From Alkanindiges illinoisensis DSM 15370 (GTDB lineage Bacteria; Pseudomonadota; Gammaproteobacteria; Pseudomonadales; Moraxellaceae), in contig NZ_JHUX01000010.1 in assembly GCF_000619845.1 (NCBI RefSeq), forward strand, positions 1 through 32,000: a DNA stretch of 32,000 nucleotides. The letters run 5' to 3'. The notes below the pieces were generated by a model. That model searched no databases. It was not told where the DNA came from and saw only the letters and a list, made by a program, of their open reading frames with translations. Positions 27,622 to 32,000 of this stretch are shown here, piece after piece. The position numbers were made by a program, and so were the translations under genes. How positions within the stretch are numbered: position 1 is the first letter of the stretch; every line of letters starts with the position of its first letter.

Positions 27622-27641
27622 TTTAGAGTAATTGCTCTAAA
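27622..27641. promoter_or_regulatory. Candidate TetR operator in the aldH-tetR divergent intergenic region
   Basis: Near-palindrome TTTAGAGTAATTGCTCTAAA: 7-bp perfect arms TTTAGAG/CTCTAAA around TAATTG. Confidence 0.4.
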
Positions 27642-27708
27642 GTGTCAATAGGTTTTTGATGAACCGTCAGGTTTAAAGGTTATTCAATTGCAATCAGGAT
27701 GAGCTATT

Positions 27709-28410
27709 TTGAAGCCATTAAAGACACGAGACCGGATTTTACAGATCAGCTTGGCGCTGTTTAACGAACGCGGTGAACGTGTAGTAACCACCAATCATAT
27801 TGCTGCTGAAATGGGCATTAGCCCCGGCAATCTGTACTATCATTTCAGGAATAAAACCGAGATTATCAAGGAGCTGATGGATACCTATCAGGCCGAAACT
27901 ATTGACCTGCTAAGTGTGCCGGATGACCGCCCACTCACTGTTGCTGACAAGATCCAGTATTTTCAGTCTTTAAGCCAGCAGTTGTGGAAGTACCGGTTTT
28001 TGCATCGCGATATTCATCACCTGATGGATTCCAATGATGATTTCAAGCAGATGTATCCAAACTTTGCTGGTCAGATCATGAAAAAGGGCAAGCAGATTTA
28101 TCAGGGCTTTGTGGATGCCGGGCTGATGAAAATTGAGCCGTCTGAAATTGAGGCATTGATTATCAATATCTGGATTGTGCTCACCAACTGGACTAACTTT
28201 TTATATATGTCGGGTCATATCTCGCATGCAGGTGTGATGGATGAGCGCTGGATCTGGCAAGGCCTGCGCCAGATGGTGTTTCTGGAAGGCCCGTACCTGA
28301 TTGGCGACAGTCGTCAGGCCTATGACACCTTACTGGCCAATATTGGCAAATCCGAGCTGTTTGAAAGCCTGTCCGCACAAGGTACGCATCAGCAAGCTGC
28401 CATTGATTGA
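27709..28410 (+). CDS. TetR/AcrR family transcriptional regulator
   Basis: 233 aa with an N-terminal HTH (RDRILQISLALFNERGERVVTTNHIAAEMGISPGNLYYHFRNK). It has a TTG start and is divergent from the aldehyde dehydrogenase gene. Confidence 0.85.
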   Translation: MKPLKTRDRILQISLALFNERGERVVTTNHIAAEMGISPGNLYYHFRNKTEIIKELMDTYQAETIDLLSVPDDRPLTVADKIQYFQSLSQQLWKYRFLHRDIHHLMDSNDDFKQMYPNFAGQIMKKGKQIYQGFVDAGLMKIEPSEIEALIINIWIVLTNWTNFLYMSGHISHAGVMDERWIWQGLRQMVFLEGPYLIGDSRQAYDTLLANIGKSELFESLSAQGTHQQAAID

Positions 28411-28476
28411 CAGATAAGCCCACACAATTGAATAAAAAGCCTTGGCATCGCAGCAACGTAATAACAGGGACAACTT

Positions 28477-28507
28477 GCAGGGCTAAATAAAAATATTTAA
28501 GCCCTGC
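28477..28507 (+). terminator. Stem-loop downstream of the TetR gene (possible terminator)
   Basis: GCAGGGCTAAATA...TATTTAAGCCCTGC has ~13-bp arms with one bulge. No strong U-tract. Confidence 0.4.
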
Positions 28508-28579
28508 CTAAAAGCAGCTAGAATGCCTGCTCTTTTTGTTTGCTTGAATTGACTAAAAACACAAGATGGGATTTTTGAC

Positions 28580-29440
28580 ATGACCACGGCCAATACCGCG
28601 CGCCTTTTGATTACCTGTGCTGACCGCTCTGGTATTGTTCAGGCAGTATCCGGGTTTTTGTATCATCAGGGTGCCAATATTACTGCGCTGGATCAATACG
28701 CCACTGAGGCACAGGGCGGCACTTACTTTATGCGGGTTGAGTTTGAAGTCAACCAGTTGGCAGCCCGCCGTGACAGTTTGAGTCAGGCTTTTGCTGATAC
28801 CGTTGCTGGCCGTTATGACATGACCTGGCAGCTCACGGCGGTGAGTGACATCAAAAAAGTGGGTATTCTGGTGTCCAAGTATGACCATGCCATGCTGGAA
28901 CTACTGTGGCGGCATGCACGTGGCCTGTTGCCCTGCGAAATTACCCATGTGGTGAGCAACCATGAAGACCTGCGCGATGCGGTCGAAGGCTTTGGCATTC
29001 CTTTTACGGTCATTAAGGTGACCAAGGACACCAAGGCTGAAGCTGAAGCCCAAATCCATGAAATCATGGCAGGTAATGATCTGCTGGTGCTGGCACGTTA
29101 CATGCAGATTTTAAGCAGTGATTTTGTAGAAAAATGGCCGATGAAGGTGATTAATATTCACCATTCTTTTCTGCCAGCGTTTGTGGGTGCAGATCCATAC
29201 CGTCAGGCTTATGACAAGGGCGTTAAGCTAATTGGTGCCACAGCGCACTATGTGACGGCAGAGCTGGATCAGGGGCCGATTATTGAGCAGGATGTTGAGC
29301 GGGTGAGCCATCGCTATAGTGTTGCTGATTTACGTGAGCTGGGTGAAGATGTGGAGCGCAATGTACTGGCGCGTGCAGTGCGCTGGCATCTTGAAGACCG
29401 TGTGATTGTGCATGGTAATAAGACAATTGTGTTTGATTAA
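28580..29440 (+). CDS. purU: Formyltetrahydrofolate deformylase
   Basis: 286 aa with an N-terminal ACT domain (LLITCADRSGIVQAVSGFL) and a formyltransferase core (INIHHSFLPAF, GATAHYVT..LDQGPII). Confidence 0.95.
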   Translation: MTTANTARLLITCADRSGIVQAVSGFLYHQGANITALDQYATEAQGGTYFMRVEFEVNQLAARRDSLSQAFADTVAGRYDMTWQLTAVSDIKKVGILVSKYDHAMLELLWRHARGLLPCEITHVVSNHEDLRDAVEGFGIPFTVIKVTKDTKAEAEAQIHEIMAGNDLLVLARYMQILSSDFVEKWPMKVINIHHSFLPAFVGADPYRQAYDKGVKLIGATAHYVTAELDQGPIIEQDVERVSHRYSVADLRELGEDVERNVLARAVRWHLEDRVIVHGNKTIVFD

Positions 29441-29461
29441 GCATTTTTTATGGGCTAAATA

Positions 29462-29498
29462 GAGGTCACTTAAAATATTTTAAGGTGGCCTCATTTTT
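29462..29498 (+). terminator. Rho-independent terminator of purU
   Basis: GAGGTCACTTA...TAAGGTGGCCTC forms a stem with a bulge, followed by ATTTTT. Confidence 0.55.
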
Positions 29499-29589
29499 AC
29501 TTTCATAAATACATAATTTTTATTGCTTAATAGTTGATAGAAAATAACGTTTTTAATAAAAATAATTGAAGGTAAAGTAGAGGTGCGAA

Positions 29590-30024
29590 TTGTCTATTCA
29601 TGCACAATTAGATATTGAATTTACATCAGCAATAATGCAATTGGATTTGATAGAACAGCTTGTTGGTATTGGATGGACGTTCAATGATTATGATAATCGG
29701 CAAACATATTTACCTGTTCATGATGATGATAATTATAACTGGATGAGTGAGACATTAGATCAAAACACTTTATTTCAGATTTTCCAGAAAAAGCACAAGT
29801 TGAAAGAAAATATTGGAATTGTAATGACTTGGAAAGATACACAAATAGGTGGAGAGTTTATATTTTTCATTAATGATGGAATGCAAATATCTCCCAGTAT
29901 AAATAGACAGCTCATCGCAAATTCGAGTATCACAGATATAAGTTGGTATCTTGAAAAAACAATTTACTTGCTACATAAAAAAGGAATAAGTTTTTTATCA
30001 TCTAGCTATCTTGAGCATCTTTAA
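29590..30024 (+). CDS. Hypothetical protein (144 aa), low-GC orphan
   Basis: TTG start with a GAGGTG SD 5 nt upstream. The gene and flanks (29500-30100) are AT-rich relative to the neighbours. I recognise no family. Confidence 0.55.
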   Translation: MSIHAQLDIEFTSAIMQLDLIEQLVGIGWTFNDYDNRQTYLPVHDDDNYNWMSETLDQNTLFQIFQKKHKLKENIGIVMTWKDTQIGGEFIFFINDGMQISPSINRQLIANSSITDISWYLEKTIYLLHKKGISFLSSSYLEHL

Positions 30025-30195
30025 AAGTTTACTTTGGATTTTAGTATTCAACCTTTGGGCATGGCATAACATGAACAAATAATTTGATGTATGGTTTTCT
30101 TATCCAGACCTTGCAATATGCACGCTGCTATGCCTAATTTATAGACAACGGATTGCATCTAAATTCAAGTAGACTGAATCATCAAGGAAAGGAAA

Positions 30196-30561
30196 ATGTC
30201 AGAGATCAAACGCCTGCATGTGGGCAAATGCTATTGCGAAGTTACTATTTATAAGGATGTGGTATATCTGGCCGGACAAGTGCCACGTCACTGTGCCAGT
30301 GAACAGTCCAGCGATATTGTCACACAGGCACAGGATGTATTTAGCCAGATTGATGCGCTGCTGGTTGAGGCTGGCTCGGATAAGCACCGGATTTTATCCT
30401 GTCAGATTTTTCTGGCCGACATGGCCGATTATGATGGGTTTAACCAAGTGTGGCGCGAGTGGGTGTCACCACGCAATCCGCCGCCACGTGCTACCGTACA
30501 GGCCCAGCTTGCTAATGCGGACTGGAAGCTGGAAGTGGTGATTACCGCAGCCATTTATTAA
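30196..30561 (+). CDS. RidA/YjgF/TdcF family protein
   Basis: 121 aa with an architecture typical of RidA-family proteins (VYLAGQVP..., ...PPRATVQAQLANADWKLEVVITA). Confidence 0.85.
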   Translation: MSEIKRLHVGKCYCEVTIYKDVVYLAGQVPRHCASEQSSDIVTQAQDVFSQIDALLVEAGSDKHRILSCQIFLADMADYDGFNQVWREWVSPRNPPPRATVQAQLANADWKLEVVITAAIY

Positions 30562-30574
30562 ATCTACTGTTTCT

Positions 30575-31708
30575 CTAGGGATGAGCCGATTGTTTGGTAT
30601 TAGCCTGATGCAGCTCATCTATTAGGGTGTGCATCAGTTCAGTGGTATTTAGCTTGCGAATGCGTGCCACATTGCTGCCTGCCCAATAGGCGGCAAAATC
30701 ATGATTGCCCTGCTTACTGGCTAGCGCATGAAGTTGCTTGGCCAGGTCATACATATAAGAATAACTGCTTAAGGCAGGGCGTTCCGGCTGGTCGACTTGC
30801 CTGTGCCATGCACTCATTAAGCCCCGTGCAGGCCGTCCGGAAATGCTGGCGGTAATATAAGTGGTCTGAAAGGCCGGATCTTGCAGGCGCTGGCGATATA
30901 CCGGATCGGCAGCAGATTCCTCACAAATCACAAAGGCCGTGCCTAACTGGGCGGCACAGGCACCAAACTCAAGTACCTGCTGAATATCATAACCATCCAT
31001 AAGGCCGCCCGCCGCAATGATCGGCAGATGGGTATGTGCTACCAATAACCGCACCAGATCATGGATGCCAATGGCCGGGTCGATATCGCGGTTAAAAATG
31101 CCCCGATGGCCACCAGCTTCTACTCCTTGCGCCACAATGCCATCTATACCAGCCGCTTCAATAATTTTGGCCTCGGCTAGGCTGGTCGCACTGGCCAGCA
31201 AAATAATCCCGGCCTGTTGCAGTTGTTTGATCACATCGGGAGCAGGAATGCCAAAGTGAAAGCTAACCACCGCTGGTTTTTCTTGTAGCAGCATATCCAC
31301 GACAGGCTGGTTGTCAATCAAACTGGAATTCACTGGTTTTAAGGTTTCTGGTGCTTCACCACCCAATGCCTGAAAAAATGGCGCCATATAGTTAATCCAG
31401 ATCTGCTCAGTGGCTGGATCGCGCTGTGGTGGCTGATGGCAAAAGAAATTGCAGTTAAATGGCTTGCTGGTGAGTGCTCTGGTTTGTTGAATTGCCAAAC
31501 GGGCAGCTTCAGCTGAGGCATTGGCCAAGCCCAGTGAACCCAGTCCGCCAGCATTACTCACGGCTGCTGCAAGCTCGGGCGTGCTGGTGCCTGCCATGGG
31601 CGCTAACAAAATGGGATGCTGTATGCCCAGTTGCTGTAGAAATTGCTGTGTCTTTATGGGGTAGGAGGGTGTAGCGTGGGAATGAAAAGAGTCAGGTCGA
31701 TTGTTCAT
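30575..31708 (-). CDS. Nitronate monooxygenase (NMO family), second paralog
   Basis: 377 aa (GIQHPILLAPMAGTSTPELAAAVSNAGGLGSLG, EAGGHRG, IIAAGGLMDG). Confidence 0.85.
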   Translation of the reverse strand: MNNRPDSFHSHATPSYPIKTQQFLQQLGIQHPILLAPMAGTSTPELAAAVSNAGGLGSLGLANASAEAARLAIQQTRALTSKPFNCNFFCHQPPQRDPATEQIWINYMAPFFQALGGEAPETLKPVNSSLIDNQPVVDMLLQEKPAVVSFHFGIPAPDVIKQLQQAGIILLASATSLAEAKIIEAAGIDGIVAQGVEAGGHRGIFNRDIDPAIGIHDLVRLLVAHTHLPIIAAGGLMDGYDIQQVLEFGACAAQLGTAFVICEESAADPVYRQRLQDPAFQTTYITASISGRPARGLMSAWHRQVDQPERPALSSYSYMYDLAKQLHALASKQGNHDFAAYWAGSNVARIRKLNTTELMHTLIDELHQANTKQSAHP

Positions 31709-31924
31709 GGCAATTGCTCTCTAAATAAAGGGTGCCAATTCAAAGCATTAACCTGTTTTAGCATGGGATTTAGGGGAGCATAAGCTTAATTTAATGATAT
31801 TCATTATTCATGCGGTAAATAATTGATAGGATTAAATCAAGCTGGGCAATGAGCCAGAGATTTAATCTAAGCATGAATTTAGCCTAAGCATTAGTTTAAC
31901 CTGGAACAGCTTAGCGCTGAAAAG

Positions 31925-32000
31925 TTACTGCGTAGTCTGTAATTTGGGTCGGGCGCGCTCTAAAGCAGCCAGTAATGCCGGTTTAAATTCACCAGCTTTA
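31925..32000 (-). CDS. 3' end of an unidentified gene continuing beyond the window
   Basis: Hand translation of the minus strand gives ...KAGEFKPALLAALERARPKLQTTQ*, with the stop at 31925-31927. Backbone GC. Too short to identify. Confidence 0.3.
   Translation of the reverse strand, partial: KAGEFKPALLAALERARPKLQTTQ

Noticed and set aside
31709-31924. Short CTAAGCAT/AGCATAAGC repeats in the intergenic region after the second NMO gene
   Set aside because: These are only 8-9 nt partial matches in AT-rich spacer DNA, with no consistent spacing or symmetry. They are probably chance.

Overview
This 32 kb window looks like a gammaproteobacterial chromosome. By my recollection of protein similarity it is Moraxellaceae/Acinetobacter-like, but I cannot verify that here. 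Most of it is ordinary housekeeping backbone at roughly 50-57% GC by eye: bioB (3' part), slyX, an enoyl-CoA hydratase, topA, corA, suhB, qor, dxs, ribA, hemF, an OmpA-family protein, two nitronate monooxygenase paralogs, a Kef/YbaL antiporter, rpmB-rpmG, an aldehyde dehydrogenase with a divergent TetR regulator, purU and a RidA-family protein. Three low-GC insertions interrupt the backbone. (1) The main one is a ~4.3 kb island (about 0.7-5.0 kb, ~20-37% GC in the cassette part) between bioB and slyX. A decayed P4-type tyrosine integrase bounds it on the right; the integrase has an in-frame TAG and lacks its catalytic C-terminus. The island holds a co-oriented array of small AT-rich ORFs interleaved with start-less, stop-interrupted reading frames. 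I read these as decayed polymorphic-toxin C-termini, one carrying a ParB/Srx-like YIVDGHHRAAAA motif, each overlapping the next intact ORF by exactly 14 nt. My best interpretation is an integrase-associated orphan toxin/immunity (acquired interbacterial defence-like) island, and I think it is the most interesting thing in the window. (2) A single low-GC lipoprotein gene lies downstream of topA. (3) A single low-GC orphan ORF lies between purU and the RidA-family gene. I found no rRNA, tRNA, CRISPR array or recognisable IS element. All functional calls rest on my own reading of the translations, and no database search was possible.
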